Shown: positions 16,735-27,038 of the stretch, one piece after another
Numbering within the stretch: the stretch's first letter is position 1
How the letters are laid out: each line of letters starts with the position of its first letter
NCBI GenBank assembly: GCA_002787355.1
Contig: PCWN01000008.1
Span: forward strand, 69,873 to 133,872
Direction: 5' to 3'
Source of the DNA: Candidatus Magasanikbacteria bacterium CG11_big_fil_rev_8_21_14_0_20_39_34
GTDB taxonomy: Bacteria; Patescibacteriota; Patescibacteriia; Magasanikbacterales; UBA922
Length of the DNA: 64,000 bases
Notes under the pieces: model-generated
The model's input: only the letters and a program-made list of their open reading frames with translations
Databases searched by the model: none
Told to the model about the DNA's origin: nothing
Program-made: the position numbers and the translations under genes

Positions 16735-17845
16735 ACAAAAAAAAGTTATTGAAGAACTTCTTCACCATGCAGACATAAAAATCAATGGTGACAGACCATT
16801 TGATATCCAAGTACACAATGACGCACTTTATGGCCGTGTCCTTTCACAAGGATCCCTTGGCTTTGGAGAAGCCTATATGGACGGATGGTGGGATTGTGAA
16901 TCCATTGATGAAATGATTGCACATATTTTACGAGCAGAAATACAAAAAAAAGTTGGGAAGGGAAAACTCGCCCTTCATATACTCAAAGCAATGTTTTTTA
17001 ATGCCCAAAATTTTACAAAAGCATGGAAAGTTGGTCAAGTACACTATGATGTGGGAAACGATCTATACAAAAAGATGCTTGATGATAGGATGGTTTATAC
17101 CTGTGGATATTGGGATAAAACACAAAACTTAAATGAAGCGCAAGAAGCAAAACTTGATTTAGTATGTAAAAAAATTGGGCTTAAAAAAGATGATACGATT
17201 CTTGATATTGGGTGTGGCTGGGGAAGTTTTGTAAAATTTGCAGCTGAACGTTACGGTGCAAAAGCCGTTGGAGTGAATAATTCTAAAGAACAATGTAAAT
17301 TGGGAAAAGAAAAATGTGCCGGACTTTCTGTAGAAATTCGACTACAAGATTACCGAAAAATCCCTGAAAGCGAAAAATTTGATCATATAGTGTCGCTCGG
17401 AATGTTTGAACATGTAGGCTATAAAAATTACCGACAATATATGGAGATAGCAGAAAGACATCTCAAAGATGATGGACTCTTTCTCCTTCATACCATAGGT
17501 GGAAATACCTCAGTAAAAGCAACCGATCCCTGGATAGACAAATACATTTTCCCCAATTCTATGCTCCCCTCTCCAAAACAAGTCACAACGGCAATAGAAG
17601 GTTTGTTTGTCATGGAAGATTGGCATAACTTTGGTGCAGACTATGATAAAACGCTTATGGCATGGTATGACAATTTTTTGCACTCTTGGGATTCTCTTAA
17701 AAGTCAATATGATGAGCGATTTTTTAGAATGTGGAAATTTTATCTTCTCTCCTGTGCTGGAAGTTTTCGTTCAAGGCAAAATCAACTTTGGCAAATTGTC
17801 CTTTCAAAAAAAGGAGTAAAGAATGGATACAAACGGCTTAGCTAA
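16721..17845 (+). CDS. cfa: cyclopropane-fatty-acyl-phospholipid synthase
   Basis: Near-colinear with E. coli Cfa (GSLGFGEAYMDGWW, HYDVGNDLYKKMLD, DIGCGWGSF SAM motif, GMFEHVG, DWHNFGADYDKTLMAWY). The start was chosen at ATG 16721. Confidence 0.9.
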   Translation: MQPNKQKKVIEELLHHADIKINGDRPFDIQVHNDALYGRVLSQGSLGFGEAYMDGWWDCESIDEMIAHILRAEIQKKVGKGKLALHILKAMFFNAQNFTKAWKVGQVHYDVGNDLYKKMLDDRMVYTCGYWDKTQNLNEAQEAKLDLVCKKIGLKKDDTILDIGCGWGSFVKFAAERYGAKAVGVNNSKEQCKLGKEKCAGLSVEIRLQDYRKIPESEKFDHIVSLGMFEHVGYKNYRQYMEIAERHLKDDGLFLLHTIGGNTSVKATDPWIDKYIFPNSMLPSPKQVTTAIEGLFVMEDWHNFGADYDKTLMAWYDNFLHSWDSLKSQYDERFFRMWKFYLLSCAGSFRSRQNQLWQIVLSKKGVKNGYKRLS

Positions 17846-17865
17846 CCTACAACTTTAGATCTTTT

Positions 17866-17896
17866 CAAAACCCCCTCTGGCGGGTTTTTATTTTTT
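17866..17896 (+). terminator. rho-independent terminator after cfa
   Basis: AAAACCC cctctggc GGGTTTT followed by a T-run. Confidence 0.55.
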
Positions 17897-17914
17897 TCTC
17901 TATACTATCCCCAT

Positions 17915-18748
17915 ATGAATTATGAACTTCAACTTACCCTTGCATTGGGTGCAGGAATGTTGCTTGAATCAAAAATTCTCCTGCAAGAGAGAGAAAATAT
18001 GTGGAAACCATACCTTGGTGTTCTTTGTTTAACTATCCTTATGGGAGGATTTATGTCCATTGGAAATGGCCCCTTCAGTCCTATAAAATACTTGTTTTCT
18101 TGTTACTTTGCATTTATAATTGTCTATTCAATGTCTTTTCGAAAACAACTTCTCTCGCGTATATCACGTTATACTATTCTTTCCTACACAACCCTTTTCT
18201 GGATTGGCTTTTATATCTTTATTGGAAATATTTATAACCGAACCTTTTTTTCCCTTGCTATTCTTTTCTCTGTTCTTGCAGCATATACAATACTCAAAAA
18301 AACATACCTTTCTGTTTTTTCACAAGCCCTTCTTTACTGTTGGTTTCTTATCACAAATATTGGTCTTATTTTCTTCCAACTCTATTCTCGTGGAGTCTTT
18401 ACCAATCTATCCTTAAAATTACACAATTTAGAATTTGGTCTTTTTGAGACATTTCTTTTGGGGATGCTTTTGATGTATGTATCCATGCTCATAACGTATC
18501 TTATTTTTTCTATTCCTAATGCACGAGACACAGGACTTATCGAGTGGAAACACCATATAAAAATACTTGCAGGAAAATTTGATAACCAAAAAATGAATGT
18601 TTTTTATTGTCTAATCCTCATTTTTTTTCTTCTTGGACTTTTTTATATTCAACAAAAAAGTGAACTCATTTCACCAACTCTACTTATGTACGTACTCATG
18701 CTTACTATAGGCCCACTTCTTCATATATTATCCCGAACTCGTGAATAA
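17915..18748 (+). CDS. hypothetical polytopic membrane protein
   Basis: 277 aa with about 8 hydrophobic segments. No recognisable motif. Confidence 0.5.
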   Translation: MNYELQLTLALGAGMLLESKILLQERENMWKPYLGVLCLTILMGGFMSIGNGPFSPIKYLFSCYFAFIIVYSMSFRKQLLSRISRYTILSYTTLFWIGFYIFIGNIYNRTFFSLAILFSVLAAYTILKKTYLSVFSQALLYCWFLITNIGLIFFQLYSRGVFTNLSLKLHNLEFGLFETFLLGMLLMYVSMLITYLIFSIPNARDTGLIEWKHHIKILAGKFDNQKMNVFYCLILIFFLLGLFYIQQKSELISPTLLMYVLMLTIGPLLHILSRTRE

Positions 18749-18821
18749 AATGCAATAAATATTTTTATTTACTTCATTATTTATCTTTATTTTCTTATCT
18801 ATCAGATTTCTTACACACGAT

Positions 18822-19898
18822 ATGATTGAAGCAGCATCACTTTTTATCCTCAGTGGAATTACATTTCTTGTTCCACAGCTTCGTGCTCTTTATTTTAGAA
18901 AAGATCTAGATGAAAAAAGTCAGCCAAATACTTTATCAAACATACCCTACTTTGATTTTTTAAGAGGAATTTCTATAATTGCTGTTATTATTATTCATGT
19001 CATTTATTTTTATAAAGATTCACTTTTACTTCCAAATTTGAATACTCTTCTCGTATTTTCTCTCAACAACATACTACGATTTGCTATTCCTTTTTTTCTT
19101 ATTACTTCTGGAATTTTACTTACCCCTTTTCCCTACACAAGAAAAAATTACAAACATTTTCTTTTGAAAAAATCATTAAAGCTCCTTCCCCCCTACCTTC
19201 TTTGTTGTATCTTTATTGCATTTTATCATCATTACCCACTGGTTAAATCAATTCAACTCACCCTCACCGGTTTTATGGCTGTCCCCTACTATTTTATTTG
19301 TATTCTTTTTCAGGCATATTTTTTTTACCCCCTTCTCCTAAAATATGTAGAAAAAAAATACTTTTTGCAATTCATGTTCCTCTTGTCCATTCTTTGCTAC
19401 TGCATACCCCAAACTTGGCTTATTTGGGGATTCCCCTTTGTAGGAAGATACCTCTTCTTTTTTGCCTACGGGATAAAAATGCGAAATTATTTCCTTTTTA
19501 AAAAATTAGAAAAAAAAGAAAGCCCTTTCTGGCTTTCTTTAATACTTTTTTATTTGACACTTGCCATTGCCTTCCCCGCTTACTACTACAATGTACGTCT
19601 CATCTACGGAATTGCCCTTTTTAACATCTGTATGATATTGCAACCCTACATTAATTTGAAACATAAGCTGAACAAAATTCTTATTGCCTTTGGTAAGAAT
19701 AGTCTTTTTATTTTTCTCACCCACTTTGGACTGATCAGCTTTCTTTTTACTCTTTTAAAAAATGTTTCTCATCTTCCTCTTATCCATGCGGTCCTTATCA
19801 TCGTTCTATGTATTCCCGGAAGTTTTCTCCTGGCAATCATTTTTAAAAAGACATATCAAAAATTCTTTTTTCTTTTTACTCCAAAGAATCTTCCTTAG
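18822..19898 (+). CDS. acyltransferase family 3 (OatA-like) integral membrane protein
   Basis: About 10 TM segments. FDFLRGISIIAVIIIHV matches the conserved acyltransferase_3 N-terminal motif (LDGLRGIAAL..V..H). Confidence 0.7.
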   Translation: MIEAASLFILSGITFLVPQLRALYFRKDLDEKSQPNTLSNIPYFDFLRGISIIAVIIIHVIYFYKDSLLLPNLNTLLVFSLNNILRFAIPFFLITSGILLTPFPYTRKNYKHFLLKKSLKLLPPYLLCCIFIAFYHHYPLVKSIQLTLTGFMAVPYYFICILFQAYFFYPLLLKYVEKKYFLQFMFLLSILCYCIPQTWLIWGFPFVGRYLFFFAYGIKMRNYFLFKKLEKKESPFWLSLILFYLTLAIAFPAYYYNVRLIYGIALFNICMILQPYINLKHKLNKILIAFGKNSLFIFLTHFGLISFLFTLLKNVSHLPLIHAVLIIVLCIPGSFLLAIIFKKTYQKFFFLFTPKNLP

Positions 19899-20253
19899 CA
19901 GACGCTGAAGGTTCAATTTTGTTTTTCCCCCTTGATATTTTCAGTGCAGCATAAACAGAAAAATCCGGATAGGGTGCCCCTTCTACACGAATAACTCCCC
20001 TTTCTGGGTGAATCCCTGTAATTTTAAAGGTTCCAAGTTCTGTCTTTACAAAATATACTACCCCCTGTTCAATATTTTTGAGTAAGGTTGAAAATCTTAC
20101 TCCTGAAAGAGCCTCAAATTTTTTAAAAACGGCATTTTCATGTTCTTCACGTATTCTCTTCCCCCTTTCTGCTCTGTTTCTCATCCGAGCATCCTCTACT
20201 TCACGTGAAAGATGATCAAGCCCCTCCCCAATATTTCTTCTTTCTATAGTCAT
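19876..20253 (-). CDS. hypothetical protein
   Basis: The ORF is convergent with and slightly overlaps the acyltransferase gene. The start was chosen at MTIERR (CAT 20251-20253) to avoid overlap with the upstream phosphoglucomutase/phosphomannomutase gene. No domain recognised. Confidence 0.4.
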   Translation of the reverse strand: MTIERRNIGEGLDHLSREVEDARMRNRAERGKRIREEHENAVFKKFEALSGVRFSTLLKNIEQGVVYFVKTELGTFKITGIHPERGVIRVEGAPYPDFSVYAALKISRGKNKIEPSASAKEDSLE

Positions 20254-20260
20254 ACGATAA

Positions 20261-21679
20261 TTATAGTAGTGCTTCAACATTGACCCCATAGGTAAAATCA
20301 ATTTCCTCAATAGAGTGAAGAATATCTGAAGCCTGTTTTTTTAAGTCATTATATTGTTCTTCTGTTTTTGCTTCAAATTTTATGGTCATATACGGACCAT
20401 TTTGTGATGCACGAAAGATAAGCATCTCATTTTCTGTATCCATTCGTATCCCATCAATTTCAGTATATTTTGCATTTGGATAGAGATCCTTTACCTTTTT
20501 TGCTATTTGTTCTTTTACTACCTGAAATTTTATATCATCAGGACAACCAACTTTTATCTCTGGACTAGAAATATATTGTGGAAGCTCAGCAACAACTTCC
20601 TTCAACGTCATTTCTTTTCTCCCCAAGTATTCAAGAAGCCTCAACGCACCAATAGCGGTATCATCATGTCCAAAAAAATTATCAACAAAGAAAAAATGTC
20701 CACTTAACTCTCCACCAAAAATAGCACCAATCTCTTTTATTTTTGCTTTTATAAACGAGTGCCCAGTCATCCACATAACAGACTGTCCACCAGAAGCCTG
20801 TATGACATCTCCTACTTGTTTTGAGCATAACACATTATAAACAATTTTTGCTCCCGGAAGATACTCTAAAATATCCTTTGCATAAATAGATACTAATGTA
20901 TCATTCCACATGAGATTCCCCTCATGATCCACTACCCCCAGTCTATCTCCATCGCAGTCAAAAGAAAATCCAAGGTCAGCTCCTTCCTGTTTTACACGTG
21001 CCGCCAAACGCTCCTGAACTTCACGCTCCGTAGGATCTGGAGTACCAACCGGGAAGTTTCCATCCGGAGTAGTATTTTGTTCTATTACCTCACAGCCAAG
21101 TCTTCGAAGAATCTCTGGAATAATGGGTCCAGCATTCCCCGCAGAAGCATCCACCACAACCTTCATGGGTTTAATATTTTTAGCTTTTTTTATTACATCT
21201 TCTGCATACATCTCAAATACATCCTTTTCAATTACTTTCCCCTTTTCCTTCAAAGACATATACTCACCACTCCAAACCAGTTGTTTAAACTCATGAATCT
21301 CCTCTGTGACCATAGTCTCAGAATACCCGGTCCCAAATTTAAACCCATTATACTCTTTTGGATTGTGTGAAGCTGTAATCATGACCATTCCACGAGTTCG
21401 AAAATAATATTGGGCAAAATAGGCAACTTGACTCATCGTCATTCCTATATCATAGACAGTAATTCCTGAATCAGTGAGCCCATTTACAAATGCATCTCGA
21501 AAAGCAGGACTGGACAATCTACAGTCTCGTCCTACAACACAGTCATAGATACGTCTCCTCAACAACCAAGTAGCATATGCCCGAGCTAAAATCTCTACAT
21601 TTTCCTCCGTAAAGTCCTCTCCCACAACACCACGCATGTCATATCCTCGAAATGCATGCTCCGGTATGATTTTTTTCAT
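20261..21679 (-). CDS. phosphoglucomutase/phosphomannomutase family protein
   Basis: Active-site Ser motif ITASHNPKEYNGFKF, metal-binding DCDGDR and the C-terminal domain. Confidence 0.9.
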   Translation of the reverse strand: MKKIIPEHAFRGYDMRGVVGEDFTEENVEILARAYATWLLRRRIYDCVVGRDCRLSSPAFRDAFVNGLTDSGITVYDIGMTMSQVAYFAQYYFRTRGMVMITASHNPKEYNGFKFGTGYSETMVTEEIHEFKQLVWSGEYMSLKEKGKVIEKDVFEMYAEDVIKKAKNIKPMKVVVDASAGNAGPIIPEILRRLGCEVIEQNTTPDGNFPVGTPDPTEREVQERLAARVKQEGADLGFSFDCDGDRLGVVDHEGNLMWNDTLVSIYAKDILEYLPGAKIVYNVLCSKQVGDVIQASGGQSVMWMTGHSFIKAKIKEIGAIFGGELSGHFFFVDNFFGHDDTAIGALRLLEYLGRKEMTLKEVVAELPQYISSPEIKVGCPDDIKFQVVKEQIAKKVKDLYPNAKYTEIDGIRMDTENEMLIFRASQNGPYMTIKFEAKTEEQYNDLKKQASDILHSIEEIDFTYGVNVEALL

Positions 21680-21719
21680 AAAAGTGGTTAAATTAAACTA
21701 ATTTAATGAAAATTTTTCT

Positions 21720-21749
21720 TTGACAAAAAGCCTGCGCGTAGTATATAAT
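21720..21749 (+). promoter_or_regulatory. sigma-70-type promoter upstream of clpC
   Basis: TTGACA (21720-21725), an 18-nt spacer, then TATAAT (21744-21749). Alternatively a 16-nt spacer to TATATA. Confidence 0.5.
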
Positions 21750-21806
21750 AGACTCGTAAAAAAAACAATTTGTGCAAAAAATTTGTCCAAAAATAGCTGA
21801 AAAATT

Positions 21807-24323
21807 ATGTCAGAGCACAACAAACTATTAGACAATTTCTCCGCCCATCTCAAAAATACCATTGCTCGCGCTATCACCATAGCAGAACAGATGAATCATG
21901 CCTGTGTTGAGCCATCTCACTTGCTCCTCTCACTTTCCCAAGAAAAAGGATCTATTGGGTATGAAATTCTTGCAAAATTTCAGATAGACTCGGACAAACT
22001 CATTGATATTTTTTCATCTAAACTTGATTTCCCCATTACCCCACAAAATCTCTCAACAGACCAAAAAACAACCACACTTCCCAACCTTGATGAAAAATCA
22101 AAGGAAGTCCTTGAAAAAGCCATGGTCCTCTCCTACCGCGAATCGCACACCTACGTAGGGACTGAACACCTTCTTTTTGGGATCATATCCATCCAAGAAC
22201 CAAAGCTTCAAGCAATTTTTAAAGACCTCAAGATAACAAAAAAAACACTTAAAGACCAAGTGAATTTTATTATCCAAAGTACTAGTGCCTTTCCCACAAT
22301 AGATGATATTCATGGAATTATGGATGATATCCAAGAACTGAACCAAAATGGAGCACAAGGTCATCACTTGTTTGAACGCCCCACACAAAAATCTTCTTCC
22401 TCTGCCATAAATCAATACAGTACAATTCTGACCAACAAGGATCACCAAAAGGATATAGATCCAGTTATTGGTCGTGATAAAGAAATTGAACGTATTATTA
22501 GTATCCTGTGCAGAAGAAATAAAAACAACCCCATACTCCTTGGTGAGGCTGGTGTTGGAAAAACCGCAATAGTGGAAGGACTTTCAAAGAAAATTGCAGA
22601 AGGGAGTGTACCCGATATCCTTAAAAATAAAAAAGTTCTCTCTCTTGACCTTACCCTTTTGATTGCAGGAACTATCTACCGAGGAGAGTTTGAAGATAGA
22701 CTCAAACAAATTATCCAAGAAGTATCAGAAAACTCAAACTATATACTTTTTATTGATGAAATTCATAATATAATTGGTGCGGGATCAAATCAAGGAACCA
22801 TGGATGCCGCCAATATACTCAAGCCAGCACTTGCACGTGGAAAACTCCGATGCATTGGTGCAACAACCTTTGATGAATATGAAAAATATATTGCGTCTGA
22901 CCCAGCACTCGATAGACGTTTTCAAGCAATTCATGTAAAAGAGCCTTCTGCTGAAGAAACAAAGTCTATACTCAATGGTGTAAAAAGATATTACGAAAAT
23001 TTTCATGAGTGCCATATTGATACAGATGCTATCAATGCCGCCGTGGATCTCAGTATCCGTTATGTACACGATAATTATCTTCCAGATAAGGCCATAGATC
23101 TATTAGATGAAGCCTGTGCTTATAGAAGATCACAAAAAAAACTTTCTAAAATACAAAGAAGACAATGGGATTTACTACAAAAAGAAGAATCTCTTGAAAG
23201 AGAAAAAGAAAGAGCCATACTCAAAGAAAACTTCAAGAAAGCCACAGAAATAAAAAATGAAATTGAAAAAATAAAAAATGAAATGAAGAAGCTATCAAAA
23301 CAAAAAAAGCTTGGTCCCAAAATTCAAATTTCAAAAAATGACATAGCCTACGTTCTATCACAAAAGACAAAGATAGACATAAATGTACTTCTCCAGTCAC
23401 AGTGGGAGAATCTTCAACGGCTCAAGAAAGAACTCTCCAAACATATCCTGGGACAAAACCAAGTAATCGAAAATATTGTTGAAACACTTATCCAATCAAA
23501 TTTGGGGATGAAAAATCCAGAAAAACCACAAGCGTCTCTCCTTTTTGCCGGCCCAAGTGGCGTTGGAAAAACATACCTTTCCCAACTCCTTGCAGAACAC
23601 CTCTATCACGATCGTTCCGCCCTTATTCGCTTGAATATGAGTGAGTTTTCTGAATCGCATGGAGTATCAAAACTTCTTGGTTCACCTGCTGGATATGTGG
23701 GATTTAAAGGACGAAATCATTTTCTCGAACAAGTGAAACGGAGGCCCCATTCTATTCTTTTATTTGATGAATTTGATAAAGCCCATGCGGATGTCCGCAA
23801 ACTTCTGCTACAAATTCTTGACGAAGGAACATTGACCGATGCGCAAGGGAAAAAAATCACTTTTAAAAATGCGATTATAATTATTACAACGAGTGTCGGT
23901 GCACAACTTTTTGAAACTTCCAGTATTGGTTTTGATAACAAAGAACTAGGAACAAAACAATACTCATCAAAAATTCAATCGGAAACCAATGATAAATTAA
24001 AAGAATTTTTTGGTGCTGAGCTTTTGGGACGCATTGATAAGATCTGCTTGTTTCATCCACTCGATGCACAAACGATAAAAGGCATTGTTGAGATAAAACT
24101 TGCTGAAATCAACAAAAGACTTCAGGAAAAATTCAAATCAAAAGTAAAAGCAGACAAGCAAGCACTTTCAGCTATTGTTCATGATGCCTACAACAAACAT
24201 ATGGGGGCAAGAAATATTGATAATGTATTACAAAATATTCTTGCACAGACTTTAAAATTTCCACTCGATCAAGAAAAAATTCTTACCCTCACAAAAAAAT
24301 CGGACCACTATGAGCTTATCTGA
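21807..24323 (+). CDS. clpC: Clp/Hsp100 AAA+ chaperone (ATP-binding subunit ClpC-like)
   Basis: Clp N-domain repeats. Two AAA modules (GEAGVGKTAIVEGL; GPSGVGKTYLSQ). A short coiled-coil middle domain. Sensor and RxxR motifs present. Confidence 0.9.
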   Translation: MSEHNKLLDNFSAHLKNTIARAITIAEQMNHACVEPSHLLLSLSQEKGSIGYEILAKFQIDSDKLIDIFSSKLDFPITPQNLSTDQKTTTLPNLDEKSKEVLEKAMVLSYRESHTYVGTEHLLFGIISIQEPKLQAIFKDLKITKKTLKDQVNFIIQSTSAFPTIDDIHGIMDDIQELNQNGAQGHHLFERPTQKSSSSAINQYSTILTNKDHQKDIDPVIGRDKEIERIISILCRRNKNNPILLGEAGVGKTAIVEGLSKKIAEGSVPDILKNKKVLSLDLTLLIAGTIYRGEFEDRLKQIIQEVSENSNYILFIDEIHNIIGAGSNQGTMDAANILKPALARGKLRCIGATTFDEYEKYIASDPALDRRFQAIHVKEPSAEETKSILNGVKRYYENFHECHIDTDAINAAVDLSIRYVHDNYLPDKAIDLLDEACAYRRSQKKLSKIQRRQWDLLQKEESLEREKERAILKENFKKATEIKNEIEKIKNEMKKLSKQKKLGPKIQISKNDIAYVLSQKTKIDINVLLQSQWENLQRLKKELSKHILGQNQVIENIVETLIQSNLGMKNPEKPQASLLFAGPSGVGKTYLSQLLAEHLYHDRSALIRLNMSEFSESHGVSKLLGSPAGYVGFKGRNHFLEQVKRRPHSILLFDEFDKAHADVRKLLLQILDEGTLTDAQGKKITFKNAIIIITTSVGAQLFETSSIGFDNKELGTKQYSSKIQSETNDKLKEFFGAELLGRIDKICLFHPLDAQTIKGIVEIKLAEINKRLQEKFKSKVKADKQALSAIVHDAYNKHMGARNIDNVLQNILAQTLKFPLDQEKILTLTKKSDHYELI

Positions 24324-24663
24324 AAATGAAAAAAATAAAATAGTAGCTCTCCAAGTAGCAAAGACTCGAGCCATACAAAAGAATCGGGTTCTTGATACTG
24401 TACGTGAAAAACAAATAAAAAAAGAGCTTATCTATTACAAGCAAAAACTTTCTGAGTCTTGCAATCAAAATGATTCTTCAAAATCATTTGAAATTTTAGA
24501 AAAACTCATACAACTGCAGGGTGAACTTCTTGAGCTTATCTTACACAAAATCCAAAACAGATACGGCTATGTAAGTGACGCCATAACACAAAAACTTACA
24601 AAAATATTTATAAGGGACAGTCATGAACTTTCAAAAAATGTTCTGACACATTTTTATGGCTAA
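24310..24663 (+). CDS. hypothetical coiled-coil protein
   Basis: 117-aa ORF that overlaps the clpC stop by 14 nt and the next ORF start by 8 nt (translational coupling). Confidence 0.45.
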   Translation: MSLSENEKNKIVALQVAKTRAIQKNRVLDTVREKQIKKELIYYKQKLSESCNQNDSSKSFEILEKLIQLQGELLELILHKIQNRYGYVSDAITQKLTKIFIRDSHELSKNVLTHFYG

Positions 24664-25816
24664 CTCCACTCCAGCACTAAAAACGCAAACTTCCAAACAA
24701 ATTGCCGGTCTCATTAAACAGACGGCTCTTGATGCTATGGTTTCATCAAATGCAGTCCCCTCTTCACAGGCAAAACAAATGGCCGATAAAATAGAAAATG
24801 AAGTGATACAAAATGTTGAGGGTGCGGTTGAAAAAGCCATTGACCAAATAGTTGAAAATTTTGGAAAAGAATTGGATTCTGCAAATGAAAATATTGATGC
24901 TCATCCCGAGGATATTCCCCCTCTTGAAACTCAAGAAGAACTTGGTGATTCTGCTCCAAAAGAAAATATTGCTGGATCAGAAGAACAACCTCCATCAGAA
25001 GAACAAAAGACAGAAAGACCTAAAGGGTCCGCAGCCCTTGGTGGAGAAAAATATTGGCAACAAATGGCCGATTCGCTCAAAGATGAAGACGAAGCGGAAA
25101 AACCTTATGAACCTTTCTCCGAAGAATCCGGGGAAAATACAGAAGAACCCGAAGAACCAACTCCTGAAGAGGAAACAGAACAAATTGAAAGACCAAAGGG
25201 TTCTGCATCCACGGGAGGAGATGAGTATTGGCAACAAATGGCTGATGCCCTCGCACAAGAAGAAGAAAATCAACAAAATGAAAATGAGGAAAAACCATCT
25301 TCTGAGAATGAGGATGGTACTGCCGACGAAGAAGATGCACAAAAAAAAGCAAAAGAGATAAAAGATGCCGCATCTGAAAAAATAAATCAAAAAGAACAGG
25401 AAAAAAGAGCCCTTGTAAAAGACAGAAATGATATTGAAGCCAAAATCACCCCAACCAAGAGAAAAATACGTTGGGAACTTGCTTTGATTACCGCACGTGG
25501 CATTGTCATATTTGTGGCTGTAATTGGAATTCTTATTGGACTCGTACTTCTTATCTTTGGAATTGGAATGGCTATTTTAGGTTTCTGTGGAGAGTATATT
25601 GCAAGAATGTCTGTAAACATTGGCCTAAGTTTGCAAAAAATAGTAGAATATAAAGGAGAAATAGCTAAATTTGAAAAAGACATAGAAACTCTAGATCAAC
25701 GTATTAAAAACATAGATCGAATGATTCAACTGATCCAAAGAAATGCCCAACGAGAAAGTAAACAAGTTTTTCAACGTTACCTTTTAACACAAAAAAACGC
25801 ATATGGACGAAAATAA
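24656..25816 (+). CDS. acidic Glu/Pro-rich repeat protein with C-terminal TM hairpin and coiled coil
   Basis: Two copies of ERPKGSA..GG.(K/E)YWQQMAD(S/A)L spaced 58 aa apart. Their DNA repeats start near 25010 and 25184. Followed by the hydrophobic stretch GIVIFVAVIGILIGLVLLIFGIGMAILGF and a heptad-like C-terminus. Confidence 0.6.
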   Translation: MANSTPALKTQTSKQIAGLIKQTALDAMVSSNAVPSSQAKQMADKIENEVIQNVEGAVEKAIDQIVENFGKELDSANENIDAHPEDIPPLETQEELGDSAPKENIAGSEEQPPSEEQKTERPKGSAALGGEKYWQQMADSLKDEDEAEKPYEPFSEESGENTEEPEEPTPEEETEQIERPKGSASTGGDEYWQQMADALAQEEENQQNENEEKPSSENEDGTADEEDAQKKAKEIKDAASEKINQKEQEKRALVKDRNDIEAKITPTKRKIRWELALITARGIVIFVAVIGILIGLVLLIFGIGMAILGFCGEYIARMSVNIGLSLQKIVEYKGEIAKFEKDIETLDQRIKNIDRMIQLIQRNAQRESKQVFQRYLLTQKNAYGRK

Positions 25817-27038
25817 AAAACGCATCATTTTCATAATAGGTTTTGTGTTCATGACTTTGGTTTTAGGTTATGCCCTTTATAAAGTATTTTTTCAAAAGGG
25901 AACACAAGAAGAACCACCTGTTAATCTTGGACTCATAGAACAAGGGGCCTTTCCTTCTTCAGGACAAACAACCACAACAAATGGACGTGTCGTACCTGGA
26001 ACCGGTGTTCTTCCCTCTTCACAAGAATCCGTATCTACTAATATCCTTACTCAAAAAGACAGACTCCTCCAAGAAAGTCCTACACTTCAAGTAACTGAAG
26101 AACGAATCAACAATGTAGCCCTCGGAGCAAATGGGAATGTAAGTTTTTATAGCCCTCAAGATGGAAAATTTTATAGACTTCAGGATGATGGCACTATACA
26201 AAGTATCTCAGACAAAATTTTTTATAATGTTGACAAAGTTACCTGGGCTAAAAAAGATGATGAAGCAATACTCCAATATCCCGATGGATCCAACATTTAC
26301 TATAATTTTGATACCCAAGAACAAGCAACCCTTCCCAAATATTGGGATGACTTTTCTTTCTCCGCAAAAGGTGATCAAATCGCCGCGAAAAGTTTAGGGT
26401 TTTCTCCAGAAAACAGATGGCTCGTGGCATCAAGCCCAAATGGGAAAAATACCAAATTTATTGAACCGTTGGGAGATAATGCGGATGAAGTCATCGTAAA
26501 TTGGTCCCCCAATGAACAAGTACTAGCGTTTTCCAAAACGGGTCAAGACTTAGGCTCAGACCGGCAAGAAATCCTCTTTGTAGGCGCAAATCAAGAAAAT
26601 TTTAACTCCACAGTAGTTGAGGGACGAGGATTTGAACCTCTTTGGTCTCCAAGTGGAGAAAAACTTTTATATAGTGTTTATAGCGCAAACAGCCAATTTA
26701 AACCAGAACTCTGGATTGTAAATGGAGCCCCGGGGTCTATCGGGAGTGGAAGAAAAGCATTAAAAATTAACACCTGGGCAAACAAATGTGCATTTGAAAA
26801 TGAACGCTTTATTTATTGTGCAGTACCAGTATCTCTTGATCAAGGTGCTGGCTTTGAACCAAGTATTGCAGATAATATTTCTGATCAGGTTTTCAAAATA
26901 GATACACAAACCGGTGTAAAAACGGAGATACCCATTGATGGTTATCACACCATTGATACTCTTATCATAGATAAACAACACAAACAAATTTTCTTTACTG
27001 ATAAAGTAAACTCAGGATTATTCAAAATACCTCTATGA
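25803..27038 (+). CDS. membrane-anchored protein with TolB/PD40-like beta-propeller repeats
   Basis: N-terminal TM (IIFIIGFVFMTLVLGYALY). Repeated W-S-P-(D/N/S)-G blades (VNWSPNEQVLAFS, PLWSPSGEKLLYSV, WLVASSPNGKN). Confidence 0.55.
   Translation: MDENKKRIIFIIGFVFMTLVLGYALYKVFFQKGTQEEPPVNLGLIEQGAFPSSGQTTTTNGRVVPGTGVLPSSQESVSTNILTQKDRLLQESPTLQVTEERINNVALGANGNVSFYSPQDGKFYRLQDDGTIQSISDKIFYNVDKVTWAKKDDEAILQYPDGSNIYYNFDTQEQATLPKYWDDFSFSAKGDQIAAKSLGFSPENRWLVASSPNGKNTKFIEPLGDNADEVIVNWSPNEQVLAFSKTGQDLGSDRQEILFVGANQENFNSTVVEGRGFEPLWSPSGEKLLYSVYSANSQFKPELWIVNGAPGSIGSGRKALKINTWANKCAFENERFIYCAVPVSLDQGAGFEPSIADNISDQVFKIDTQTGVKTEIPIDGYHTIDTLIIDKQHKQIFFTDKVNSGLFKIPL

Noticed and set aside
24852-25390. Lys-rich 169-aa plus-frame ORF and minus-strand ORFs overlapping the acidic repeat gene
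   Set aside because: They are alternative-frame or antisense reflections of a GA-rich (Glu/Lys-codon) region. The acidic repeat frame is the one with operon coupling and a TM/coiled-coil C-terminus.
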